Below are positions 51,431-64,000 of a stretch of DNA of 64,000 nucleotides, piece by piece. The position numbers were made by a program, and so were the translations under genes. This stretch comes from Octopus sinensis (Eukaryota). Below the pieces are notes generated by a model. That model searched no databases, had not been told where the DNA came from, and saw only the letters and a program-made list of their open reading frames with translations. Location: the NCBI RefSeq assembly GCF_006345805.1, contig NC_043004.1, positions 47,492,001 through 47,556,000 of the forward strand. Reading direction: 5' to 3'. The stretch's first letter is position 1. Every line of letters begins with the position of its first letter.

Positions 51431-53464
51431 TTATAAATGATAATGGAATTTAACTTCGAATGGTGAAACCCTTCCATCATGAAGATATCGCTGACAACGT
51501 AACCAGCGACAGTTCAGTACATCCTGGACAGATTTCGTTTTCGTTTCTTTCGTTCTTGATCTTGTTTGCGCTTTGTTATATGGGTTCTTTATCAACGTCG
51601 AAACTACTATCATATATGAGAATATATTTGAAAGTAATATGCACCGCATCACTAACGTTTTCTCCTTCAGTTTTCTAAACATGCTAATTTTCACTAACAA
51701 TTTTACTGGGATTCTAATCATTAGCTTAGTAATTATTGTGTAATCTATAATTATATAAGTTTGTAGTACAGTTCTCTCCGTGCACAAGGAAAGGATAACA
51801 AAAATATCAATAATTGAATAAGTGTATTTCTATTTAACACCGAATTATATTCTATTAAATTTTTCATAAAAATCGCATTAAATATCTAGGCATTTTTAGA
51901 CATTATACAGCACCCGGTCGTCTATCCAAAATTCGTCTGGACTACGAGCTCATTTCCCAAATCAATTCATTTGAGGAAAGTTTTCATAACTGAATCTCTG
52001 TATTTCAAATGTTGCTAAGTAGTGTATATTCCACAGAAAAAAACTGCATTGTCTTATCGATTCTGGACTCTACTAATAAAGTAATTTGACTAAAGTACTT
52101 TCGTTTACTGGCAGCTACATGAGTGTCCATTACAACTATTACCAACTCATTAATACATTCATATCAGATAAATTTTCTGATAAAAGAAGGCCTCGACTCT
52201 GTATTGTTGGTAGTATGCCAGGAATGCCCTCATAAAGCGCTGATCATCGTGGGTGAAGAGTTGTACATCTCTGATAAGTTCAACTCTGGTAAAAAGTAAC
52301 GGGAGTTGCTAAATAAATATGCTATATGCTACGAAAATGTGACGTATACACTTACCTGTAATTGAATGCATACATAGATGCCCGCTGTAAATATCTATGT
52401 GTAGCAAGCAGAATTCGGATGAAAAAATGAATGTGAAAACTACAATTTAATACATACACATACAATCACACACAAACAAACGCACGCATGAACACATGCG
52501 CTCACACACAGACACACATACGCACATATATATATAGCGCAAACATATGCGTACTTGTAGACGCATACACATATATACATACTTACATATCCATGCATAT
52601 ATACATACAAACATCCATACACATACATAAATGTATACATGTCCAAATATTTATCATTAAATAATTGATAAATAAGATTGGAGAGCTAACAAAATTTAAA
52701 ACGTTATCAATGATAAAGCTAAAAAAGTTGCTTGAGATTCCCTAGTGGGTGTTCGGGATATGGTATGTGTGATGTTCTTCATGATTTTTCAGTCACCTAC
52801 ATCATCACCATGACTGTTTTCGAGTGATTTTGCTGATTCACTTGCACTATTACCGTTTTCAAATTCATGGTGAATGATTTGACTAATATGTTCTTTACTT
52901 AGATTTAACATGGGCCAATACAACAACTTTAATTATAAAAATTACAAGATCTGAGAGAAAATAAGAGAAAAAGATATATTAATGATTTCGTCGTATTTCA
53001 AATAGAATTAAGAAATTAAACACCTTCCGTTAAAAACAGATGTATATGTATGTGTGGGCATATTTATGCATGTGTGTGTCTGTGTGTATGCATATTTCTG
53101 AGTACACGTGTGCACGAGTACGTGTGTATGTATTTATCAATTTTTTTGTGTATACCCCTGTCAGTGATACGACATATATACAAGTGTTATGTTATTCTTC
53201 TTATCCGATGAAATTCTTTAACGTTCAAACCTTGGTGGTAGAGTATTGTGTATGTTACAGGGTATCATGTGATAGAATAGATACACTAAAGGTAAATGGA
53301 CTTGACTTAAGTAAGAAGCCATAAAGCTTGAGGTGTTGTTCGATTGTTGTTCTTACTGTTCTTGATTTTGATTTTTACTGACATCACAATTTCCCATTCT
53401 GTCTCTGTTTGGAAAAACAAAAGTGCCTTCTTTTTCGCTATAGTCTTTCAATGTCGATATTACC

Positions 53465-53868
53465 TCTTACTCTTTTTTTACTTGTTTCAGTCATTTGACT
53501 GCGGCCATGCTGGAGCAACGCCTTTAGTCGATCAAATCGACCCCGGAACTTATTCTTTGTAAGCCCAGTACTTATTCTATCGGTCTCATTTGCCGAACCG
53601 CTAAGTGGCGGGGACGTAGACACACCAGCATCGGTTGTCAAGCAATGCTAGGGGGACAAACACAGACACACAAACACACACACACATATATATATATACA
53701 TATATACGACAGGCTACTTTCAGTTTCCGTCTACCAAATCCACTCACAAGGCATTGGTCGGCCCGGGGCTATAGCAGAAGACACTTGCCCAAGATGCCAC
53801 GCAGTGGGACTGAACCCGCAACCATGTGGTTGGTTAGCAAGCTACTTACCACACAGCCACTCCTGCGC
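53465..53868 (-). mobile_element. tRNA-derived SINE, family A (full length)
   Basis: Close reverse-complement match to 1251-1654, with the 5' head GCGCAGGAGTGGCTGTGTGGTAAG intact. Confidence 0.85.
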
Positions 53869-54427
53869 ATGTTGCATTTGTTTGAAAGAATCATAGCAAT
53901 AAAATTAATAAAATCGCCTCGTTCCTCAAAAATGTGGACCCCGACTATTTCACTTGGATTGCTTAACCACATTGGGAGACATTGGTTATGAATCGAGTAT
54001 AGATATGTTTAAAATCCCACACCATTATTTCAGCTGGCAAAATTCACAATTGCGCAGAACGAATAAATCCATTATATTTTAGACAATTTAAGATTCAGGA
54101 TTTCTATTAAATGGTATAAATGGATTAAGATTGATCCATGCTCATTCTTGTTTATAAGTGTCATAATTTTAAATGCTTGAAAGTTATTTTCCCATTAGCT
54201 TATTAAGTGTAGGGACCTAATTTCGTGTATATGCATATACGTAAATATAGAAACCATTGAGAAGTATACATGATAAATTATATATCCGTGAGAGCATAGG
54301 TATGTGTAATATGTAGATGAATGTAGCCTATGAGAGTATGGAGACATATATGTGTGTGTGTGTATGTGTAATGTATGCGTCTCTTTCTGAATTGTATGAA
54401 CATACAAAGCATATATATGTATATCAT

Positions 54428-54493
<66 letters not shown>

Positions 54494-54531
54494 TGTAAGT
54501 ATATGTGTACATATATATGTATATGTATATA

Positions 54532-54572
<41 letters not shown>

Positions 54573-55167
54573 GTATGTATGTATGTATACATATATATAA
54601 CATGAGTAAGAAAAACATATATATATATACATACACACTTATACATACATATATGTACATACGTATGTATGTAAGAAATGACTATTTACGTACGTACTTA
54701 CGTGTGTATGTATGCATGTATGTATGTATATATGTATGTATATGTATACATATATGCATGTATGTATGTAATTGCGTGTCAAAATATATTGCAGAATATC
54801 TGTACGATTACCTGTCTGTCACATCCTGTCTACATCTTTAAACAGAGATTCACTTCGTTAGCACTTCCGTCTCGTCTCAGTGTTAGTGTTATGATACTAT
54901 TGCTGTAGGAATAATACATTTTAAAGAAATTTTCGTATCTTAAGTTGAACAAACGAAACGACTTTCTTGTTTCACAAGTCTACCTATAGCACTGGCAGTT
55001 CTAAAACTTGATAAGTAATGATGAAGTGAAATAACTTTGAATTACTTATCAGTTTTTAGAAGTGCCAGTGTTATAGACTCGTGAAACAAATGGGTCGTGT
55101 CATTTGTCCAACATAAGATACGAAAATTTCCTTAAATTTATTATTCCTATAGCAATAGTATCATAAC

Positions 55168-55237
<70 letters not shown>

Positions 55238-55785
55238 GATTAATAGAGAGATCGGAATGTACCAAAAAACAAAATTTATTACCACAATAATTGTTTCATC
55301 TTTCGGGAGATGTGGGGGTAGAACTATGCAATTACATCAGATATAACGCACGGTCCATCGTAGACTCCTCAGGTGGGATAAGATAGTTTTAAGCTGATTT
55401 TAAGCGAAACCGAAATGTTAGCCATATTATCCCAACTGAGGTGTCTTCTATGCACTGTGCGTTGCATCTGGAGTTATTGCATCGTTCCACACCAACAAGG
55501 AAACAGTGCACCTTTAAGATGGAACAATTGTTCTGGTAATAAATTATTTGTTTTCGTACATTGCATCTTGTCTATTAAGTCCACCCTGAAATTTCTGGAA
55601 CTGATACAATGCCGATTGCAAAGTATCACTGAAAATGCTCGGTTGACATAATTGGTGAACGTGCTCTGCGGACACACGACCTGGACTTATCCTGAAACAA
55701 GGTTTGGATACTAAGTTTAACATATATTTTCTTAATCTTAATTCTTAACCCATAAATTTGACACACACACACATTTATATAAATG

Positions 55786-57765
55786 TATAACTTTGTAGTG
55801 TAACATGTATTGATAGAATCCTGTGTCTATAACAGGAAGCTCCGCTTGCAGTCTCGGCTTCTATACCAAAGAGCAATCCTATTCAGAGAAATGAAGTCTC
55901 AAGAGAGAGGGAAAGTGAGACGTTTCCAAGATCAGTAAACACAACCTTGAAGCACACCAACTGGTGTCTCAAGACAGAAGAGGAATGAAACTTCCGCAAG
56001 ATCAGCAGAGGCATGCTGCAGCATTTGAATTGGAGTCTCAACAGAAAAAGCGAGATATAGACTTTCTGAATATCGGCAAAAGCATACTGTAGCACATCAA
56101 ATGCAGTCTCAAGGCAGAAACGAGATAGGATTTTAGCCAAGTTCAGCAAACATATGCTGCAGCACATGAAATGAACTCTCATTACAGAAGCGACATGAGA
56201 ATTACTCAAAATCATCAAACGCATGCTGCAGCATGTCAGATAGAGTCTCAGTACAGAAGGGACATGACACATTCCCAAGATCAGCAGTGAAACACGATGA
56301 GGCTTTCTCAAGATTAGCAAAGGTATGTATAACTTTGTAATATAATATATGTATTGATAGAATCCTGTGTCTATAACAGGAAGCTCCGCTTGCGGACTTG
56401 GCTACTATACCAAAGAGCAATCCTATTCACAGAAATGAAGTCTCAAGACAGAGAGAAGGTGACACGTTCCCAAGGTCAGTAAACATAACCTTGAAGCACA
56501 TCAACTGGTGTCTCAAGACAGAAGCGGAATGAAACTTCCTCAAGATCAGCAAAGGCATGCTGCACAAGAGATGGAGTCTCAAGTGAAAAGGGAGATGAGA
56601 CTTTCCCAGGATAAGCAAGTGCATATTAAGCACAATAAATGGAATCTCAAGACAGAAGCCAGATGAGAATTACTTAAGATCAACAAACACATGCTGCAAG
56701 ACATAAAATGGAATCGCAAGACGGCAATGAGATGAGACATTCTCAGAATCAGCAAAGCATCCTGCAATACATTAAATGGAGTCTTAAAACAGAAACGAGA
56801 TGAGACTTTTCCAAGATCAGCAAATGCATGTTGCGACATATCAAATGGACTCTCAAGACAGAAGAGAGATGAGACTGTCGCAAGAACCACAAGGGCTTAC
56901 TGCAGCATGTTAGATGGAGTCTAAATAGGGAAGAAAATGCACGCTGAAGCACGTCAGATGGAGTATCAATAGAGAAGGGAGTTGGAACTTTCCCCAAATC
57001 AGAAAAGGTATGCTACAGCACGTCAAGGGGAGTGTCAAGAGAGAATAATGATGAGACTTTCTCAAGATCAGCAAAGGCATCCAGCATATTAGATGGAGTC
57101 TCAAGAGGGCAGTGAGATGATACTTTCTCAAGATCAGAAAATGTATGCTGAGGCACGTCAATGTATGGAGTCTCAAAGCGAAGCATGATGAGACTTTCCC
57201 AAGATCAGCAAACACATGCTGCAGCATATCAATTGTGGTCTGAAAACAGAAGCGAGATGAGACTGTCTTAAGATCAGCAAAGGCACCCTGTAGCACGTCA
57301 AATGAAGTCTCAAGAGATAAGGGAGATGAGACTTTACCAAGAGAAACAAATGAGTGCTGCAGCACACCAGAAGCAGTTTCAGTTAGGAGGCGAGATGAAA
57401 CTTTCTCAAGATAAGCAAAGGCATGCTGCTGCAAATAAAATGTAGTCTCAAGAGAGAAGGAAGATGAGAGTTTCCCCAAGATAATAAAAAGGCATGCTGC
57501 AACACGTCAAGTACGGTCTCAAGACAGAACTGAGGTGAGATTTTTTCTCAAGGTCAGCAAATGTTTCCGGTAGCACGCTAAATGGAGTCTCAAGACGGAA
57601 GGAAGTTGAGACATTCCCAAGATCAGCAGATGCATGCTGCAGCACATCAAACGGAGTTCAAGAATGAAGTACCGCGAAGCTTTCGAAAGATCAAGCATCC
57701 CAACAGATGGTGTCTCAAGAGAAAAGGGAGATTTCAACAAATGAAGTTGGAGGGTTCTCATTCCT
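55786..57765 (+). repeat. Coding-type tandem array: ~27 units of ~69 bp encoding a decayed 23-aa STPR-like repeat (consensus near MESQDRSEMRLSQDQQRHAAAHQ), with a duplicated leader
   Basis: The unit core GAGTCTCAAGA...GATGAGACTTTCCCAAGATCAGCAAAGGCATGCTGCAGCAC recurs about every 69 bp. The ~110-bp leader occurs at 55786 and 56327. Stops and frameshifts are present. Confidence 0.85.
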
Positions 57766-57782
57766 AATGTACACTTCGATGT

Positions 57783-57787
57783 ATTAC

Positions 57788-57862
<75 letters not shown>

Positions 57863-57868
57863 TACTAC
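57783..57868. repeat. (ATT)n microsatellite
   Basis: Directly visible. Confidence 0.97.
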
Positions 57869-58318
57869 TAATATCATTAATCAGGGCACTGCCTGGAATC
57901 GAAATCAGAATATCGGGTTAGTAGCCCGCGATTTTAATGATGTGTTAGATTAAGGAAATAAATGTGAGCAAAGTGAAAAACTATTGAATTACATTTTATA
58001 GGTTGTAGCACAACATTCCAGAATACATGACATTTGTCTGGACACTGAGAATTAGCTTTCTTATATTTGAAAGGGGGAATCATTTCTCGAAATATTAGAA
58101 GATTATTAAACTACCAATATGAAGCAATTTTTTGTGTTTTATTTCCTCCGCATGTTTCAGTCAGGCACACCATTGAAATATTTAGTCAAACAAGCGCACC
58201 GAGTATATATATTTTTTTCAACCCTGCACTCTTTCTGTCGGCGGAGTTAAGCAAATCACCATCGGTTGTAAAGATGGGATAGAGACAAAATGATACATAT
58301 TTATATATATATATATAT

Positions 58319-58372
<54 letters not shown>

Positions 58373-58761
58373 CTGCCAAAGTTGCCTCGTAGTGGGACTG
58401 AATCCGAAATCATGTGATTGGGACGCAAGCTTTGCGCCTATACCCACATCTATGCTCCACCCATAAAAATTATGGACAGCTTCACGAATGTGGATATCAA
58501 CTGGTTCTCTTTGGTACATTTGTTGCCATCCACTTCCATATCTAGCCTACCTCTTCACCTTGTTTGCTCAAAGAACTTTCAGGCAGTTATAACGTTATAT
58601 ACATTGTGCGCATATATATATATATACTATATTATCAATAAAATCCAAAGCAAGCATAGATATATGTATATACACAAGCGCATATCTCTACGCTTAACTA
58701 GATAGCCAGTCAGATAGACAGATAGATAGAGGGAGAGAGAAATAGAGAGAGAGAGAGAAAT

Positions 58762-58796
<35 letters not shown>

Positions 58797-59584
58797 GATG
58801 ATCATTGTTTATACTATGATATAGTATAAATAATCATTCGCCATATTGCGGTTCACTTAACGCGCCCTTAGAAGATTGTGGATTTTTGTGACGAATATAT
58901 GAAAATTTATATCACGGACACCTCAGTATATTGCGGGTTCCTGCGACCGATAGGTATTTATATCTGTTAGCTTTTAACTATTTCTGTGGTAAAATGAGCA
59001 TTTTCCCGCCTAAAAATTAAGTTATTAATAAATAAAAATACAGTACAGTGATGCATTGTATAACGCATTAATAAAAATATATTAAAAGAAAATACGTAGT
59101 GCATCGTAGATGAGATCTCTCAATGAGAGATATAGAGTACACTAAAGTAAAGGTTATTTGCCAACATAATATGACAGACCCGTTTGGAATGAATCTTACT
59201 GTTGTTTTGCCCCAGGAAACATCGTCTCCAGCTGGCTGTACGACACGCATCTGTGTCCTTATATTTTCGAACAGGGGAGTTTAGCACCCCCACCTAGCAT
59301 AAAGCAATATCTGTGGACCGCGGTTTCTGGGTTACTTCACTTCGGCACAGAATAACTACTTGGCTGAGATGGCGGTGCCAAACTACCGTTCGAAAATATA
59401 TCATTTTCAAAGTGATACCATAGCCTATCATTAATCTACAAAACAGAAACCTTATCATTTCTAAATTTCTCGTTGAGAGATATACAATAACATTACTTTA
59501 AAATTAAAGATTATTTGCCAACATAATATGGCAGTTCCGGTTGGGATAAATGTTGCTGTTGTTTCAGCCCCAGGAAACATCGCG

Positions 59585-59668
59585 TACGGTAGTGTTTCTA
59601 CTTCGCGGATATTCACCTATCGCAGAGGGTTTTGGAACATAACACCCGCGATAGTCGAGGGATTGCTG
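59585..59668 (-). mobile_element. Single pogo/Tigger-like terminal fragment
   Basis: The reverse complement reads TA|CAGCAATCCCTCGACTATCGCGGGTGTTATGTTCCAAAACC, a CAG-start TIR next to TA; no partner end found. Confidence 0.45.
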
Positions 59669-59726
59669 TATATGATATATAATCGATATATTATATATTA
59701 ATGTGTGCACACGCGCGTGTATGTGC

Positions 59727-59817
<91 letters not shown>

Positions 59818-59869
59818 AGGAAAGAAAGAAAGAAAGAAAGGTAGGTAGGTAGGTAGGTAGGTAGGTAGG

Positions 59870-59908
<39 letters not shown>

Positions 59909-59921
59909 CTAGTTAGATAGA

Positions 59922-60897
59922 TATGTTTCTTTATTAGCCACACAGGGCTGCACACAGATAGAACAATTACAAGGTAGAGCTTTTCTTTTGAAGGTTTAAA
60001 AGAAAAAAAAAAAAAAAAAAAAAAAAAAGGAAGGGAGAGTTTCGATCAAAAGGGATCGTAAAAGGAGAGAAAGAGGACAAAAAAAAGGGGAGTTAAAAAA
60101 AAGGGGGAGAGGAAAAAAAAAATTGATCAATAGGGATCGTTATCACAGAAATGTCAATATGAAGTGTAAAGGGGAGGACAGGTGAGTTTTACCCGTGGAA
60201 AGAAAAGCCCACGGAAAAGACCACGGTAACCTCGGTCAATGGAGTCACATGTTATATTTCGTTTTTTTGTTTTTTTTTTTGCAAATAAGCAACTCTCTGT
60301 TTTCAATTTCTGGGTTCATAGGATCATGCTCAAGGTGGCTTCGTCATTCATACGTGCCATTCTTGCTACATTCACCCATCTTTTTTTAAAACATTCGCTT
60401 GACAAAACTTGCCTCTCTACTCTCACTTTCCTTTTCAAGTGGTACTTGAAGAAGTTGATGAGAGATTGACCAGAGAGGAAAGTGTTTGTCTCCAATCCTT
60501 TCAGACGCGTCCACCAGATACATTCTTTCGCCATAGCCACAAGGATGATGAAAATAGCTCTTCCTTCCCGTTTGAAGGAGGGAGGCGTGACAATATTAAC
60601 GATAGACTCAGCTGATAAACCGACTCGTCCCACACGTGACAGCAGTTGTTCGACACAAGCCCACAGGTCGGAAATTGTTGGACACTGCACGAGTGCGTGC
60701 AGAACGGTTTCGTCGCTCTGACCGCATCTCGGGCAGGTCGGCCCCGTGTTTCTCGAGCCGTGTCTGTAGAGATTATCCCGAATGGGTAGCGCTTCTCGGT
60801 AGCACTGCCAGGCCAGGGATCTCTGGAAGTTGTCCATGGGCCCTGGCCCGAAAGTCGTCCCGAACAGGCGGGTCAGGTACTTCTCGTCGACGTCCAT
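59922..60897 (-). mobile_element. Tx1/L1-like LINE 3' fragment (zf-RVT-type CCHC region plus 3' UTR), copy 1
   Basis: ORF 60316-60897: RSLAWQCYREALPIRDNL...CPRCGQSDETVLHALVQC...AKECIWWTR; 3' UTR ends AATAAAGAAAC; flanked on both sides by (TATC)n. Confidence 0.85.
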
Positions 60898-60948
60898 AGA
60901 TAGATAGATAGATAGATAGTAGATAGATAGATAGATAGATAGATAGAT

Positions 60949-60990
<42 letters not shown>

Positions 60991-61002
60991 AGATAGATAG
61001 AT

Positions 61003-61033
<31 letters not shown>

Positions 61034-61089
61034 AGGAAAGAAAGAAAGAAAGAAAGGTAGGTAGGTAGGTAGGTAGGTAGGTAGGTAGG

Positions 61090-61124
<35 letters not shown>

Positions 61125-61138
61125 CTAGTTAGATAGAT

Positions 61139-62104
61139 ATGTTTCTTTATTAGCCACACAGGGCTGCACACAGATAGAACAAATTACAAGGTAGAGCTTT
61201 TCTTTTGAAGGTTTAAAAAGAAAAAAAGAAAAAAAAAGGAAGGGAGAGTTTCGATCAAAAGGGATCGTAAAAGGAGAGAAAGAGGACAAAAAAAAGGGGA
61301 GTTAAAAAAAAGGGGGAGAGGAAAAAAAAAATTGATCAATAGGGATCGTTATCACAGAAATGTCAATATGAAGTGTAAAGGGGAGGACAGGTGAGTTTTA
61401 CCCGTGGAAAGAAAAGCCCACGGAAAAGACCACGGTAACCTCGGTCAATGGAGTCACATGTTATATTTCGTTTTTTTGTCTTTTTTTTTGCAAATAAGCA
61501 ACTCTCTGTTTTCAATTTCTGGGTTCATAGGATCATGCTCAAGGTGGCTTCGTCATTCATACGTGCCATTCTTGCTACATTCACCCATCTTTTTTTAAAA
61601 CATTCGCTTGACAAAACTTGCCTCTCTACTCTCACTTTCCTTTTCAAGTGGTACTTGAAGAAGTTGATGAGAGATTGACCAGAGAGGAAAGTGTTTGTCT
61701 CCAATCCTTTCAGACGCGTCCACCAGATACATTCTTTCGCCATAGCCACAAGGATGATGAAAATAGCTCTTCCTTCCCGTTTGAAGGAGGGAGGCGTGAC
61801 AATATTAACGATAGACTCAGCTGATAAACCGACTCGTCCCACACGTGACAGCAGTTGTTCGACACAAGCCCACAGGTCGGAAATTGTTGGACACTGCACG
61901 AGTGCGTGCAGAACGGTTTCGTCGCTCTGACCGCATCTCGGGCAGGTCGGCCCCGTGTTTCTCGAGCCGTGTCTGTAGAGATTATCCCGAATGGGTAGCG
62001 CTTCTCGGTAGCACTGCCAGGCCAGGGATCTCTGGAAGTTGTCCATGGGCCCTGGCCCGAAAGTCGTCCCGAACAGGCGGGTCAGGTACTTCTCGTCGAC
62101 GTCC

Positions 62105-62106
<2 letters not shown>
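61139..62106 (-). mobile_element. Tx1/L1-like LINE 3' fragment, copy 2 (tandem duplicate)
   Basis: Same peptide and same 5' truncation point as copy 1; repeat period 1209 bp (60897 to 62106). Confidence 0.85.
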
Positions 62107-62158
<52 letters not shown>

Positions 62159-64000
62159 TTGTGTGTGCGCGTGTTTGTGTGTGTGTGTGTGTGTGCATGT
62201 GTCCGTGTCGTTGGGAAGAAAAGAGAAGTCATATAGCAAAAAAGTTACTGGAAGATCAGAAATTATATTATTAGAAAAATCATACATATCCACCTTTAGA
62301 CTTCAGATTATGGCCAAAGTCGTAGCATGTAAAACATGATTGGTGATATGTCGAATAATCGGAATAATAAAACCAGAAAATCGATAATAAATGCAGATAT
62401 CGGAATTTCCTACTCAACAAATACGCAATCATTAGTCGACGTTCTATTTTACACTTGTTTAAAATGATATCACAAATATGTTGCTATATATTCTCAGTTC
62501 CATTGCTCGGATGTGTTATTAATCACCAATGTCGTTGTGTGCGTGTATACTTCTGTGTGATTGTGGATGCCTCTGGGTGTGTCTGTGTGCGTGCGTGTGT
62601 GCCTGTGTGTGTGCGTGTGTGTTTTCTTAGTTTATTGAAGCTATGCTAATTTCTTCCTCGAGTTTCACCTAAGAAATATTCCATTTTCGGTTTGTTTTTC
62701 TCTCTCTTTTTCTTTTTTTTTTTGGTTCTTTGCTTGTTTAGTATGAATAGAACAACACAGTTTCAAAAAATAATTGTGTTTGAAAGTTTGTTTAACGAGA
62801 ACTCGGAATAGATTCATTCGTGAATAAACCGGAAACATCAGTCAGTAATAAGTGTTATAAATCAAAAATTCATACTCATTATTTGATAAGAAATATAAAG
62901 AGACTTTCTATCTACTTCGATCTCACTTCAGTATTTTAACATAATATTTTTTTCTTCATTTTGATTTTTAGTTGCGATGTTGGTCTGTATTTTTTGCATC
63001 AATTTTTTTCAATAGAAAACTCAGGTAATGACTGTTTTTACTGTAAGTGCGAAATTTAATTGATTTCTTAATATTTTTTCTTCTCTTCGTTAGCTTCTTT
63101 TCGCTAGTTATAATTGATTCGTATTTGCTTTTGTCCATTCTTCGTTTCGTGCTTGTTTGTTAAGTTGCTTCGTTTCATTTGGTATATTTGATTCCGTTCC
63201 TGGAATCTATATAAATAGGTTCTTGGTAAAAACAGAGTTGTTGAAATCGTTGTCAATTAAAAATTAAACACATTGTACTTACAAACCATAGTCCTCATTC
63301 AAATTCGTTGCCTCAGTAGTTTTCCGCTAACTCTGGACAATAAGCTTGTCTGTAAACATAATAGAATAATGTCTTCTTATATAAAATGTGTATGACCTTT
63401 AGAGATACGAACATTTTGAAATGGATACACGAAGTAGGAGAATCAGCAGCAGCGACGACATCATCATCATTATCATCAGCAGCAGCAGCAGCGATAGTGG
63501 TAGAATTTCTTTTTTCTTTTTGTTTCGGTCGTTATGTTAGGAATGTCTGCTAATGAGGAAGATTTGGACTTTTATTTCAGTAGTTTTAGTGACGATGTCT
63601 GTAGTGGTGTTGGCGCCGGTAGTGATGGCATTGGTGATGGTCGTTTGGGTTTTTTGTTGTCTTCTAAGTACAGCGATGTTTGTTGAAGTATTATCAAACG
63701 AAGATGTTAGTTGTGGGAATGGTGGTTATGTTACAAGGGTGTAAAATGCTATATTGTGACGGCTTGTGACAAATGTCAAAGTTAGTCATGGTGATAGTTA
63801 CACTGATGCTGATAGTGTTGTGAAAATGGAGCAATGGTTCACATTCTTTACTAGTGATATGTAGGAGTACATTATCTAAGACCTTCTTTATTTAAAACAA
63901 GGGTTCACATGATCCTTGGAGGTCCGCATGACCACTGGGTGTTCATATATGATTTTGCTGTTAAATTTTTCGTGCGATAAACTGGTTATATTTCTGAAAA

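Noticed and set aside
55883-57761. Long minus-strand ORFs over the 69-bp array (LILGKSHL...CCSM; ADLGKVSS...) as the true product
   Set aside because: Third-position variation and resemblance to a known repeat favour the plus-strand MESQ frame; open antisense frames are expected in short tandem units.
63540-63750. Pro/Ser-rich minus-strand peptide near the window end
   Set aside because: It has in-frame stops, no domain signature and low complexity.

Overview
A 64 kb AT-rich eukaryotic window with a very high microsatellite load ((TA)n, (CA)n, (GATA)n, (CATA)n, (GAA)n, (ATT)n). The SINE families and repeat landscape resemble an octopus/cephalopod genome; this is an inference from recognition, not a database result. 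I found no intact host gene. Nearly all ORFs in the track are microsatellite translations or transposon remnants. Recognisable elements: Penelope-like elements (PLEs; one with RT thumb, GIY-YIG and a hammerhead motif), R4/Dong, CR1, RTE and Tx1/L1-like LINE fragments, a Gypsy integrase, a Helitron helicase with its 3' terminus, several tRNA-derived SINE families, and two copies of a GG-terminated MITE with 8-bp TSDs, one carrying TTAGGG repeats. The most notable structure: (i) several minimal hammerhead-like motifs with non-canonical cores in short mobile units; (ii) a ~27-unit 69-bp array encoding a decayed 23-aa STPR-like repeat; (iii) a 213-bp inverted copy of nearby DNA inserted in the Helitron ORF; (iv) a tandemly duplicated Tx1 3' fragment embedded in (GATA)n; (v) several fold-back or inverted structures. 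All coordinates and alignments were read by eye and are approximate unless stated.
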